A stretch of DNA of 64,000 nt, from NCBI GenBank assembly GCA_951406725.2, contig OX597814.1:90148001-90212000 (forward strand). Direction: 5' to 3'. The position numbers were made by a program, and so were the translations under genes. A model generated the notes under the pieces. It was not told the origin of the DNA. It did no database searches and worked only from the letters and a program-made list of their open reading frames with translations. The stretch is from Octopus vulgaris (lineage: Eukaryota). Positions 13,576 to 27,289 of this stretch are shown here, piece after piece. Within the stretch, counting starts at the first letter, position 1; the number at the start of each line of letters is the position of its first letter.

Positions 13576-14153
13576 GTGGAGTTTCCTGTAGAGGTGAGTT
13601 TGCCAAGAAGGGCGGAAGTTTTCAATTAGTGTTACCCTCTAGGATGCTGCTCAAAGCATGACCCAGGAGGTATCATCACCTTGAAAAATTCAACGGATCG
13701 GCACGTTAGGAAGATTATTGCATGTGCAGGATCAAACATCAAACACTAGGAGCTGTATGACATCATAATCCCAAGACTTTTCATTCGAACATATCATTAT
13801 GTTTACCATTAAGTCCTTTATGAATAATTGTTTTGTTAAACATTTACTGTTGAATTGAATAACTGTTTGTTCTGTCTCAGTCATCATTTTTATTATACTT
13901 GCTTAATAATTTGTGACAGTGAAAATGTTGCCCAATCACAAAAATAGACACCATTTGTTGACGTTTTCTCAGATCTTATTTGTTTTAATGGAATGTGCGT
14001 CCATAGGTCAGTGGGACCTGGTTTTGAACAAATATATCTTTATTTATTAACAGAAGGTTGATTTGCCTAATAATGTGGGACGTAGTGTATATATATATAT
14101 ATACACACACTCACACTTGTCTTCGTCTTTTGTTTTTCTATAAATTGCAACCG

Positions 14154-14226
<73 letters not shown>

Positions 14227-15009
14227 TGTGTGTATGAGTTTATGTGTGTGTGTAGGAATGAACTTTATTTTATTCTATACGAGTAGAAATATAGAAAAAC
14301 GAAGTTGAAAATGCACTGAGAGATTTTTCGATGGTTTATTTAAAAAAAATTCACTGGTTTCACAGATTTTATCTCATTTTCAAACGTTAAGTGAGACAGA
14401 AAGTCTTGGGGCTCTGCTACAACTTCCTTGCTTCTCAATGGAGTTCGAAAGTCTCTTGTTTGTATGGAGGGAACACAGCTCAAATTAATATCTTTAGGAT
14501 ACAATTTGACTGGTAGTGGATAATCCCGTGATTAGGATTAGACATTTTTTGTAAGTTTACAAATATTTTACAAACTGTCTTAAATATTACCTAATCCCAG
14601 CATTATTCAGAAATTGATCTCGAATCCGCGTGTTAACGCAGCAAGCATTTTCTCCATCACTACCCGCTTGCAGGCATGAAATGTACTAAGCTGTATGTGA
14701 CATGGTTCACAATATAAACGTTTCTAAATGCATTCTTCACTCACGTCATTGGAGAAGAATTATATGTCATAATAGTGTATTATTTCGATGCAGAAATAGC
14801 ATTATTTGTTATATGACGGGCGTAGTTTCATTTAAATGAATGTTGCAGACGTTGATATAAATGAAGCACTCTCATAACCATATTTGCCTTTAGGGAATTC
14901 AGTTTCATCTTACTTAGGAATAAAAGGATTCTTTAGAATTTCCTTCGTATTAATATGGAAAATGTATGGATTATGCTGCTAATGCAACTACTACAATTAC
15001 TACTACTAG

Positions 15010-15011
<2 letters not shown>

Positions 15012-15097
<86 letters not shown>

Positions 15098-15141
15098 TAT
15101 ATAATAATAAATAAATAATAATCATAATAATGATACTAATA

Positions 15142-15176
<35 letters not shown>

Positions 15177-15211
15177 TGATGATGATGATGATTATGATGA
15201 TGATGATGATT

Positions 15212-15246
<35 letters not shown>
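15012..15246. repeat. (AAT)n/(GAT)n microsatellite
   Basis: Seen directly. Confidence 0.97.
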
Positions 15247-15247
<1 letters not shown>

Positions 15248-16289
15248 GCAACAGTGATAACAACATCAATAACAATATTCATTTCTTTATTTGCCACGAA
15301 GGTGAATAATGAGGGGACATTGCAAAAATAATACTATTATCGATACTTCCCGTATTTATATTTGTGCATTTTACATGAGAGAATGGAAGAGAATAAGATA
15401 TATAACGTTCAGGATAAATAAAACGAATAGAAAATGACAATTTTGCGCACACGCATGTATATATGCCTTGTATGTGTGAATGTGTCTGTGCGTGCATATA
15501 TTTATGTATGTATGTATGTATGTATGTATGTATGTATGTATGTATGTATGTATGTATGTATGTATGTATGTATATGTATATATAAATATACATGTATGTA
15601 TACACGCACAGACAGATTCACACACATACGTCGATGAGATCTCTGGGCGAAAATATCCAGAAAAATGCGGAAAAATTGGAAAATAGTAGGCACATTTTTC
15701 TCAGATCAATGCGTACTTGAAATCGATTCATCTGCTAACTGTGCAAGACAGCATCATATTACCTTGGTTTACATAGTATCTGTTTGGTCTCTGCAATCTT
15801 GCGCTGTTTTTCTTTAACTGAACACATTCCATGTCGTGTCAAATGCTCATTTAAATTAATGAATTTGAAGCATAAATGCCTTTTGTGTTACTTTGCTTTA
15901 TACTAATCAATGTGACAGTATGAATGTATACAGATGTAAGATTGCATAAACTATGTCTGAATTAGGTCTGAATCTAACTAACTGTGTCCCATCACTTATA
16001 CAATTAACCTACATTACAGTTATAGAGATTTCTATAGAACACTGGTATTTGCATAAGAAGTTTTGCAAATACCAGAAAAACACGCGTGCACACACAAACA
16101 CACACACACACACACAATCACACGCACGCACACACACAGGCACACACACATTCACAATCACACACACACGTACACATGCACGCACACAGATACACACACA
16201 CATAGATACACATGCAAACACATGAATTTTTGTGTGTGTCTTAGTGCATGTATATGCATATGTTTGCGTTTGTTTCTGCCAACATAATC

Positions 16290-16445
16290 CCCGCTTCACA
16301 ACCAGTGTTGTTTACATCTCCGTAAAGTAGTGCTTCAGAAATAAATAGGGATAGAATAAGTACTGTGGACTAATTATTCATCTAAAATCTTCAAGGCACG
16401 CCCCTAGTCAAACACGTAAACTAACAAGTAAATGTAAAAGACAAA
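16290..16445 (+). mobile_element. Decayed 3' half of SINE family A
   Basis: caaccagtgttgtttacatctccgt...gatagaataagtactg... matches the reverse complement of 29073-29230 and 30897-31042. Confidence 0.5.
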
Positions 16446-17200
16446 AAAATAAGATATATTCTACGGTTGATTCACCAATAGACTTAATATTTCCCATACA
16501 ATATTCTTTTTTATATTTTGCGAAAATATCCCATTGCCTACGTTCAAGACATACATTGAAACAGATAAGTGCATGGACATCAAATTTTCATTTCTTTTTC
16601 AAGTATTAATAATCTGGTACACAAGTTGTTATTGTTTGTAAATGCTACTTGCATGAGAATACTTCTAGACTAATATTTCAAAGACATGTTAAAGCAATAA
16701 AAGTGTCTTCTATATTCCCATTTCTTAGCAATATCAATATTCTCACTCAGTATTTTATACTCGTCTGAAGAATATAAACTTCATTCACTTAAGGTCATAA
16801 TAATTTTAAATGTTCTGAGTGTAATTTAGGTTTATATTTCAATAACTATGATGCTCTTCCTTATTCCACTTCATTTCATATAAAACGAAAGAACTAGCAG
16901 GGGAAATGACTATTTTGTGACTATTATTGTAGCAAATTTTACCACGGAACAATTTATATAAAATATTAAGACATGGTAGCCCCGTGATATTGAAGGCATG
17001 TTGCAATTAATTGCAGTATAATGTATAGAATCGTGAAGGTCGATGCAATATTTCCAAGATGAAATTGCACATATTAGTTTCTGCAATGAAGCCATCTAAA
17101 ACATACATCACATAACAGACGCACACACAATTGCATACACGCATACATACACGTGCATACAGGGAGAGTGATCCAGATACATACATCCACAGATGTTCAC

Positions 17201-17270
<70 letters not shown>

Positions 17271-17307
17271 GTGTGTGTGTGAGCGTATTTGTGTTCGTGT
17301 TTGTGTG

Positions 17308-17371
<64 letters not shown>

Positions 17372-17374
17372 TAT

Positions 17375-18673
17375 TAGACAAAAAGAGATAACGGAGTTTT
17401 CAGGACATTTATTAGGAAAGAGATATACGTATAGTCTTACAACTGTTTCTGGGATATTATGGATAACCCTTCATAAGACACAATGTGAGATGGTCAAATA
17501 GAGATAAATGCCTGATTTTGAAATAAGGAATTATTGTGGAAAGGGAGGAGATAGGGAATATAGAGGGAAATAAGTGAATGAAAGTAGAAGTAAAATATAA
17601 AACAGTGTAGTTGCAGTTCCATTATTCGAGTAAAGTGGTATTTAGAAGTGGTAAAAATTTTCCTGTACATGGTATGTAAGTTCCAATAGTAGTTCATGTT
17701 TAGTGATTTCAAATACGGAGTCGTAGATTCTGTATTGCTCATTCTACTAGATTTTGTGGAGGGAATGAAAATTGAGAAAGTATTTGTAGCATTTCTGGAT
17801 ATATGGTGGTAGTGAGGAGATGTTTATGATTATAATGAGATGATTGGTCAAACTGAAGACAGAAAGAGAAAATGAGAAGTAAAAAGAGAGAAAAAAGAAA
17901 AAGGATAAAAATGATGATAACAATAATGATAAAAAGAGAGAAAGAGAGAAATGAAGAGAGAGACGAAAAAGGGAAAATTGATAAAAAGAAAGAAAGGTGA
18001 AGAAAGGGTGAAAGAAGTGAGAAAGGGAGTGATAGTTGGTGGTCAAGATAATGACAGGGAAGGATGAGAGAGTAGTAGGAAGAGATGAGAAGTGAATAAG
18101 TTTGAGATGTGTGAGTAGGGGTGATACGATAGGGCTGCATTAAGGGATGGGTAGAGAGAAGGTATGGGTCGGGTGATACTAAAGTGAGTAGTAGTTTTAG
18201 TAGTAAACTTTAAAGTAGAGGGAAGAATAGACGTATATGATAGGTTAGTCTGATAGGTAGGAATCAGGGAGGAGGTAATAAGTTATAATGATATACGTAG
18301 GCGCGCACATATGTACATATACATGTGAATACATGCATACATACATATACACACACATATATACATGAACATATGGATACACGTGCATGCTCACTCGAAT
18401 CCATAAATATATTCATACATATGTACGGGAAACTATTTTGCCACTTCTATACATCACTTTATTCGAATAATGGAACTGCAACTACAATGACTTATATTTT
18501 CTACTTTTATTCTCTTATTTCCCTCAATATTCCCTATCACCTCTTTTTCAATAATAATTCCTTATTTCGAAATCAGACATTTATCTCTATTTAACCATCT
18601 CACATCGTCTCTGCTATAAGACTATAAATGTCCTGAAAGCTCCTCACAGCTTTAGCTTTGTTATGTATTTTTA

Positions 18674-18680
<7 letters not shown>
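17375..18680. mobile_element. Penelope-like remnant with diverged inverted pseudo-LTR arms (~17395-17670 and ~18421-18640), bounded by (TA)n
   Basis: For example tgtagttgcagttccattattcga pairs with tcgaataatggaactgcaactaca, and aaatagagataaatgcctgatttt with aaatcagacatttatctctattt. A degenerate hammerhead lies at 17434-17479 (-). Confidence 0.7.
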
Positions 18681-18746
<66 letters not shown>

Positions 18747-18884
18747 TACATGCTATTACAAGACCCACATTAAACTCCTCACCCGTATCACTATCGAACG
18801 AAGGGTTTTTACTAGGGTCTGTCCATAGCACTTGCTTACTGTTACCTGCTACACTTTGGGTTTTCTAGATACCAATAAATTTTA

Positions 18885-18943
<59 letters not shown>

Positions 18944-21260
18944 GTGTGTATGTTTGCTTGTAACAAGTGCGCGTGTTTATGTGTGCGTACAATCATAATG
19001 TACTATATACCGCCTGAATACTTGAAAGTAAGAGAGAATCAATAAATGTCTAGAGAAGAACTATTAAAATGTATTTTGGAAAACTCCGTTCCTTATAATA
19101 TCTTTTACTTTGATTCTGAGAAACAGCCCTCTGATATATTTTTAAGATAGATCATTGTTCAGTTGTAGCCATTAATCTGAGCTATGGCTGACGTTCTTTT
19201 GCTGAGTCCAAGAAAATTCTTCTTTGTTATGAATCGCCACGAAACTTGCTTTGGAGTTTGGCAACACAATGGGTGTGTAAATCACATATTTGCTCTCTGT
19301 CTGCAGAGAGGACCATGCTTTTTACATACAGTAGATCACACAGAATTTGTTTCGCAGTTATAGTGAACACCAATAGTTAAATAAGTAACTATATTTAGAT
19401 TTCTGTTACTTAATGTAACATATTTCCATACACATTAATAATTACTATTATATAGGTTTTTAGAAAACGTTCAGGCTGTAACTCAGATAAAAATATTGGT
19501 GACATAATTATACAGAACCTGAACCACTTACACGGAAAATGAGTTTAAACGTCATTAAGCTACGCTTAGAAAGTGAAAATCATCGAGTGTTTACGGTGAG
19601 TATTACCTTGTTTGATTAACTGAAGTTCTTTTCGTGCAATTAACTTGTCAGTAGCTGAGTATTGCACAGACATGTGTGCTCGTTAATCATTTGTCAAGAT
19701 TACCGCGTAACATTAGGAGAAGACTGGATTATGGATTAATATATGTAATGCAGATAAAATACGGGGGAAGACTTGAACCCTCTAGTAGATGCAGGAGATT
19801 TGTACATTAATTATCATGACAGAAAATTGAATTTAACCGGTGAGGAATCTGAAATCAAAGTTCAGATACCCTGAATGAATATCGCAAATCATTCTAACTG
19901 CAGTGCTATCTCTTCTGCTACATCGCCACCGTGCTTATGATTATTAATATGAAGGTAAGTTTTCAAAAGTATAAAATAATTAAAAACTTTATAAGAATTC
20001 GAAATTTTATAACCCTCTGTAATCATTATATATCTGACTTAGCGAATTTACTGACTCTTTCGGTTCGTACTATCTTATGTGAAGATAATTTTAACATACG
20101 TAAGTAGTGTGTCATGTTCGAGACACCACTAGAATACTTTAATCAAAGAGCGATCCGACTAGAGGTGAACAACAATAACACCAACAGCAACAACAATATT
20201 TACACAGAAATAAGGTGGGGACTTGAGAGAGTTAAATGTCAATGCTGCAGCCTACATTCAGTTAAATGTTACAGGTTACCATTTGGTTTATATCAACTTG
20301 GGGGAACGGTATATCTGGAGCTATTAATGTGGGAACTACAACGGCTTTGTTAGCTTCTAACACTCTAAAAAATGAAAATGCATTAATTTGCAAGATAATT
20401 TTAAGGAGACACGTACGTAACTGCAGATTCACTAGTGATACATTAAATATAATTCCAGCACTAGTGCTATGACCAACTTCACAGAACCACAATTCAAAAA
20501 TCTACATCATTACGACCTGCAGACCCTATGAGAGGATATCTGTATGGTTGTTTGACGGACTAGAAATAGCTGTCAAATCTCCCTTATATCACACTGAATC
20601 GTATTTATAAAACAGATGAATGTATTAAATAATATATTGCGAAATACAGAATAATCTTTAGACAAACTGGCCACGACTAAATGCTTTGTCCAACACTTAA
20701 GCCACCACAACAATAATATTCACACAGAAACCAACTGGAGACTGTAGAATATCGATATTGCAGACTACATTCATTTAAGTATTGTTGGTTCTCATGTATA
20801 TCATAGCCATCAAATTGGAGAAATGGCACATTTAGAGCTATTGATCTGAGATTTACAATGGGTTTGACACTCACTAATGCTTGAAACTAAAAACATTAAA
20901 ACTGAAATTGTCCGACAGTTTTGAACTTGGCAAACTGCTTGCGTATTTAAAAAACAAATCTGCTAGTTTGAATCAGAAATCAACAGCAACATTGGTAATG
21001 TAAACATGTAATTACTACATAGCGTTATAAAATATTTACTCCGCCTTCTTGAATATATATCCTTGAATATATCTGATGTATTCCAATTTTGACTGAAGAA
21101 ACCAGTACTTCTGAATGCACCGAGTTGATTGACTTTCAAATAAATAAACTGTGCATTATCTCATTGCTAGTTCCCTTGAGGTTGTTGAGGGATTCTTCAA
21201 GCATATGTGAGAGAATGGAGAATGTGTGAATATACATAATTATACAGCAATGACTTATTT

Positions 21261-21431
21261 TACAAGGACCTGCTTTACGAGACCCCGCGTTTACGAGCTT
21301 TTACAAGTTTTCTTTTCTGCTAACGAGTCTTCCTTTTACGAGCGTTTACGAGTTTTCTCTTCTAACGAGTTTTCGCTTTACGAGTGTTCTCCAGGAACGA
21401 ATTAACTCGTATATCGAAGCATTACTCTATA
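21261..21431. mobile_element. Small Tigger/pogo-like MITE
   Basis: Repeated TTTACGAG/TAACGAG motifs. The ends tacaaggacctgctttacgag and ctcgtatatcgaagcattactctata look like decayed Tigger-type TIRs with TA. Confidence 0.55.
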
Positions 21432-21475
21432 CAATTGTGTAAACTTTAGACACACAAACAGTAATTGTGAAGAGT

Positions 21476-21650
21476 GGTGTGTAGTTGATAACATCGATTC
21501 CGCTACTTGATTGGAACCTGTTTTATCGAATCCGCATGGATGAAGGGTAAGATCAGCCTCAGTCGGTTTCAACTATAGGTGAAATGAACAGGTCCGGAAA
21601 AACTACAGCAAAGCATTTTGTGCGACTTTCTAACGAATTTGGAACTCCAC
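21476..21650 (-). mobile_element. Decayed SINE family B copy
   Basis: ttttatcgaatccgcatggatgaagggtaagatcagcctcagtcgg...aagcattttgtgcgac..tctaacga matches the other copies. Confidence 0.55.
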
Positions 21651-22972
21651 GTATTTGCACTTCAATTTTATTTTAGGGATTATTGAGATTTTTCTTTTAA
21701 CAAGGTATAAATCAAGAAATTTTCAAAAGAAACTCTTCATGTACTTCTTGCAATAATTCTTCTGAAAATACATTTTTCAAGTGACTGAATCGATTTGAAT
21801 ATATACTATTTGTACAAATTCATTGTATTTTTTCTTCAGTTTTAAAATGATTTTAGCAATAAAAATACATAAGCTTAGTTTTGGGTGTACTCATTAATAT
21901 CGATTTATTGAAAGATTTGCCAACATTTATTTAAACATGCAACGGTGCGCTTGTAACGTTGTATACAGGGTTAGATAGTCGTTTAATTTGAAGAGCGATA
22001 TAAATTATCATGTGATTATATATTTCTTTCATTTAAAATTACGTTATTGGGCTTACGTTTTTAAAATATCAATTACACTTAGAATTATTACCTTCACCCT
22101 TGTGTATTCACTTATATGATATTACAGATGTTTGTCTATAATCTAATGATATAAAATAAAACAAAAGAATAAAAGTATTCAGTAAAATATTACATTAAAT
22201 TAAAACATCTAAAATTGCACTTTTTACACAATTAAATTAATTAACATATTTTGAGATTCTATTCATACATTTAATGCATATATATACTGGAATTGAGATG
22301 GATATTTTATAATTTCAATGGATACTACATTTGTGGTAAAAAAAGATTTATTGATGGAGCTAATTTATTTCGTCTCTGTAGTTGACAGTTCAAATAATAA
22401 ACTAACTTTTTCAATAGAATTCATTCCCCATCAATGATGGAGCTAAAAAAAGGAAAATAACTATAATCATTAGATCAAGATTCTGATGTCAAATGTTAAT
22501 TTATTAATTCTTTGATCATTGAAGACATGATATTTTCCTTTGAAAGTTAAATTGCCTCAACAGTCAAATTACGAAAAACACACTAAGTGGGTTTTTATCT
22601 CGTTAGCATTAAGTGTTTACCGTTTTCATATCTCACTTTTGATTCTAAACGTGTCATTAACAAAGGCCTTTAAGCAGAAAATTAAAGTTCAGATTCATTG
22701 CAGATAAAAAATACAATAATTAAAAATTTAGATACTGATGGACTTAAGGTAGCTTAAATACTCTCCTTTTTTATGCATGATAATATTGTAATGATATATA
22801 AGGCTGGGTAAAGAAACAGTTAATGTTCAAAAGTATTTCCATTTCTATTTGGTGGCAAAAGTTTGATTTGTGACCTTTGGATTAAACTCCAGATTATATC
22901 AAACAAATACTCTGAATCCACGCGTACATAAACGTGTTATATGTAAGCGTACACAACGCTACGTACATACCT

Positions 22973-23035
<63 letters not shown>

Positions 23036-23613
23036 ACATATGTACGTAGCGTCGTGTCATATATATATATTATATCATATATATATATATATATATATCT
23101 GTGTGTGTGTATATGTAGTATTTTACCTAACGAGTGAAAAATGTACGTGATACTAAATTTGAATATAATATTTAATTTCGGTAGCTCCATTAGGTCATTG
23201 CTCTGAACTTTATCTGACGCCATGTAATGGTAGAAAACATACGACTGATGGAATGCAGTGCGTGACCGTTCATTGCAAACAGGCATTCTAATAGAATGCA
23301 GAAAGAAATAAGGGTGGGAACGGTGAAGGGAGCAGAATGTACTAGTATATGTATAGAGATAGGGTATGAAATTCAATTCTACCTTTAGTAATTGAAATAT
23401 TACTGTTATTGACTGTTGGTGTAGTGGCTACGCTAGGCAGATGATGCATTGACAATTCAAATCTTGTGTTGACCAATCAAGTCTATAATATAAATGTTGA
23501 AATAATGAAAAGTAGTTGAGATTGTAGAAAAAGTTGGTAGACACGCATAAAACAATGTCGCATTCCTTACCTGAGTAATAAAACAAAACATAAATAATCA
23601 AATACAACAATGC

Positions 23614-23668
<55 letters not shown>

Positions 23669-23669
<1 letters not shown>

Positions 23670-26190
23670 GTGAGGAGCCAGACTGGACCCAAAAATCAGC
23701 TACTGGTTCAGACCTTCCCGAAAAACAGGCGCTGGAAGTACCCCACAGCTGGAATATTCCAACAAATGACTATCCACGCTCGTCATCAAATAACCAAAAG
23801 AAAAAAGAATGAATAATTGTCTAGGGGATATAATAAAGAAATTCTTAAAGTCTTCTAACGTGCCATGTATTTCCCCATAAATTTAATTCAGAACAAATTT
23901 ACCTAAATTGGAGACAAAAGCAGTTAGAAGTGAGACCCTACATAGTAAACAAACTTGCCAATGTCAGAAGAAACATTATGAAAAAGAAATTACTAACTGA
24001 ATTAGAGATTGACCAAATTAAGCAATCAGTAATGGATAAAGGGAACGAAGTTGAAGCTAAGGAAGATACTACAGAGGAAATAACTATAGACCAGCCCAGG
24101 TCTGATGAAAATGCGGTAATGATAGAAAGAGTTAGTGTAACTGATAAGCAACGTGAAATACTCTCAGAACCAACCATAAACACTAAGACAGATGAAAATC
24201 AAATACATGAAGAAAGTCACACAGTAACAGACCTAACTGAACTTAATGATCTAAAAAATCAAATCATGAATGGATGGCTAAAAATTAAAGAAACCAGTAT
24301 GAATGAACGTGACACTTTCCCCAAAATTCGTAACTATAACCAAAATCTGAAAGGAATTGGTAAAATCCGCCTAGCACTTAAGAATATAATTTCAGCTAAT
24401 AATGTTGATATTACAGATACCAACTACCTGTACTATGCATCCGCGAAAATCTCAACGATTCTAAAAGATTAGAAAACGACATTCCCACAAAATGCCTACT
24501 TGGCAAGAGCGTATTCAACAACAGATTGAGCTACTTAGGTCTGACATAGAATGTTTAAAAAACCTCAAGTTTTGACAAGACTATCAAACCAACAAAACTC
24601 CGAAAATTAAGGGAAAAATATATGAAAACCGTACTTGACATCGATACCACCACAGAAACTATCAAGCAAAAAGTATGTGCTTAAACTGCCTAGGTATGAA
24701 AACCGCGTTAGATTCTTCAAGGACAACAACATGTTAAAAAAATCCAAAAAATGTTTACAGAAAGACAGTAAAAATACGAGTTACAATAAAGTCCGTCCTA
24801 TCAAAAGAAGTGCAGGAATTTTGGAATAAAATTTGGGCAGAAGAAAAAACACAATAAAAATGCTCCTTGGATTGATAGAATATCTACTGACTTAGACTCC
24901 CTTGAAGAACAAAAGTGGAAGGGTAATAAGATAGAGGATGTAAGATCTGCTCTCGGGAACTCAAGTAAATGGAAGTCTCCAGGAAAGGATAAAATTCTGC
25001 TTGAATACCTTCTCAAAGATTCATGAACTGCTCACAAAACTTTACAACAATGTTTTGCAACGAATCTAGGGTGATTCCTTCCTGACTGAATAATGATGTA
25101 ATATCCCTACTTCCAAACAAAGAAGAAACAAATGAACCAAAATATTATAGATCCATAACCTGGTTAACAGCAATGAATAAAATACTAACATCTGTCTTGA
25201 CTGAATATACCTATAGTTTTTTAATAAAAAAAGTGACATATTCCCAAATGAGCAAAAAGGATGTAAACGTGGGTCCTATCGTGGTAAGGATCAGTTGCTC
25301 AACAATAAGATGATCTTGGAAGATTGTCACAAACGACACAAAAACTAGTCGATAGCCTGGCAAAACTATAAAAAAGCTTTTCTTAGTCTACCACATAGCA
25401 GGATTAAGAAATGTTTAGAAATGCATAATGTAGCACCTACTCTGCGAAAATTCTTGTCTGTAAGTATGAGATCATGGAGAACCACACGGATTTTGAACTG
25501 TGACAATGTACCTCTCAATGCTGGAGATGTAATAATTTCATGAGGTATTTCCACTCCTCTTTTCTCTAGCTTTAACGCCTCTTTCAAAATTGCTCGATGT
25601 TGTACAATACGAATATAAAATGTTTGATAAAAATAGAAATCATCTCCTTTACATGGATGGTTAAAAGCTCTTTGCAAAAAATGACCAACAACTCAAGGGC
25701 TTACTAGCGATTGTTAAACAATTCAGTGATGACATTAGGTTGCAATTTGGCCTCTATAAATGTTCAAAAGAAAACATTATGAAGGAAAAAATGACAGAAA
25801 CATTCAACGTTAATCTTGGCTAGCAGAATGTCATAAAGGAGTTAGAACCAGCGGAGAGCTACAAATATCTAGGGGTATTTGAAGGTGATGGAATCAAACA
25901 TTAAATGATAAGGGAAAGGATCAGAAGGGAATGTCATTGCAGTGTGCAGGCAATACTGAAGACAGAGATGAATGCAAGAAACAGGATTAAAGCGATCACT
26001 ACTTTAGCCATACCGGTCGTGACTTACAGTTTCAATATCATTAACTGGTCAATTATTGAAATATGTAATCTTGACAGAAAAATACGAAATCTGTTGACAA
26101 TGGATAGAATGCACGACACTAAGGCAGATATGGAACGACTATACTGGAGGATGCCCGGTACTAAGGCAGCTGAAATAAAGTTATAATGAA
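23669..26190 (+). mobile_element. R4/Dong-clade non-LTR retrotransposon, 5' region through RT, decayed, abutting (TAA)n
   Basis: Follows (AAT)n at 23615-23668. Motifs in order: [101 protein letters not shown]...DMERLY. Confidence 0.9.
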
Positions 26191-26201
26191 GGAAATCTAT
26201 A

Positions 26202-26274
<73 letters not shown>

Positions 26275-26310
26275 ATAATAATAATTATTATTATTCTTTC
26301 TATTAAAGGT

Positions 26311-26430
26311 ACCCCCGAAAAGATGAAAGATGAAGTAGACCTCGGCGGAATTTAAACTCATAACGTATTGACGGACGAAATGCCGCTAAGCATTTTGCTC
26401 GGCGTGTTAACAATTCTACCAGCTCAACAC
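26311..26430 (-). mobile_element. SINE family B, head half
   Basis: gatgaaagatgaagtagacctcggcggaatttaaactcataacgta...gaaatgccgctaagcattttgctcggcgtgttaac. Confidence 0.75.
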
Positions 26431-26499
26431 CCTAACAATACCAACGACGACAAGGACAACAACAGCCGCAACAACCACAACAACATTAATATTAATATG

Positions 26500-27270
26500 G
26501 GATTGGCTGATGAGAGGAAAATGAGACCAAGATCACTATACTGACGGCGCAAGACCATGTTTTGGCCAGAGTTGGCGGATGAACCTTTGGAATGAGCAGG
26601 TGCTTCCGCTGTGCCGCATCTGCAATAGTGTGGATGAACCATTGCCCATTTCACAAACGAATGCCCTAGAATTGCGCAAAACCACTACATGTTGTGGCGA
26701 CATGATCAAGTAACGAAAGTGCTACATTGCAAACTGTGCGAAAAATGGAGTCTAGAAAAAAGCAAGACCTGGTGTGAGCACAAACTACAGAAAGTGGCGG
26801 AGTCGGAAACTAGCAAAATCGTCTGGTATTTTCCAGTTCAAACAGACCAGGTGCTAGAGAATAACAGGCCGGACCTAATGGTGATGGACAAGGGGCACCA
26901 TATATGTTACAAAATTTGATGTGGCATACACTTTGACCGACGAATAGTCAAGAAGGAGGGCGAAAAAATAGATAAATACAACCCTCTTGAGTACGAAATA
27001 GCCCGGCTATAGAAAATGAAGTTGAAGATAGTGCCAATTATTGTTGGGTCTTTGGGAATAGTATCAGAAGGCATCAAGGGAATGTAGAGGACATTGGAAA
27101 AGAGTGCCCAGTAGAACTGTTACAAAAGTGTGCCTCCTTGGCACGGCTAGAATAACCAGGAAGCTATTAGACGGCTGAAAAAAATGCATAGCATGGTAGC
27201 GTAAGCTGCAGGTAGCAAGCCCGCTACGAATGCGAAACTCTAGGAGCTCCAACAAAATCTATAATAAAAA
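26500..27270 (+). mobile_element. R4/Dong-clade 3' fragment (CCHC knuckle and restriction-like endonuclease)
   Basis: ECPRIAQNHYMLWRHDQV, KIVWYFPVQTD..NNRPDLMV, EKIDKY, IVPIIVGSLG; short TAA tail. Confidence 0.85.
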
Positions 27271-27289
27271 TAAATAATAATGATAAGAA

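Noticed and set aside
14361-14400. Possible further decayed hammerhead (minus strand ...GAAACCAGT)
   Set aside because: Core and stems are too degenerate to support.
21268-21390. Repeated TTTACGAG units resembling a CRISPR or iteron array
   Set aside because: Units are only 8 bp with irregular spacing in a eukaryotic context; better explained as MITE subterminal repeats.
23930-24472. Longest ORF (180 aa) as a host gene
   Set aside because: It is the N-terminal part of the R4/Dong ORF, co-linear with the downstream RT motifs.
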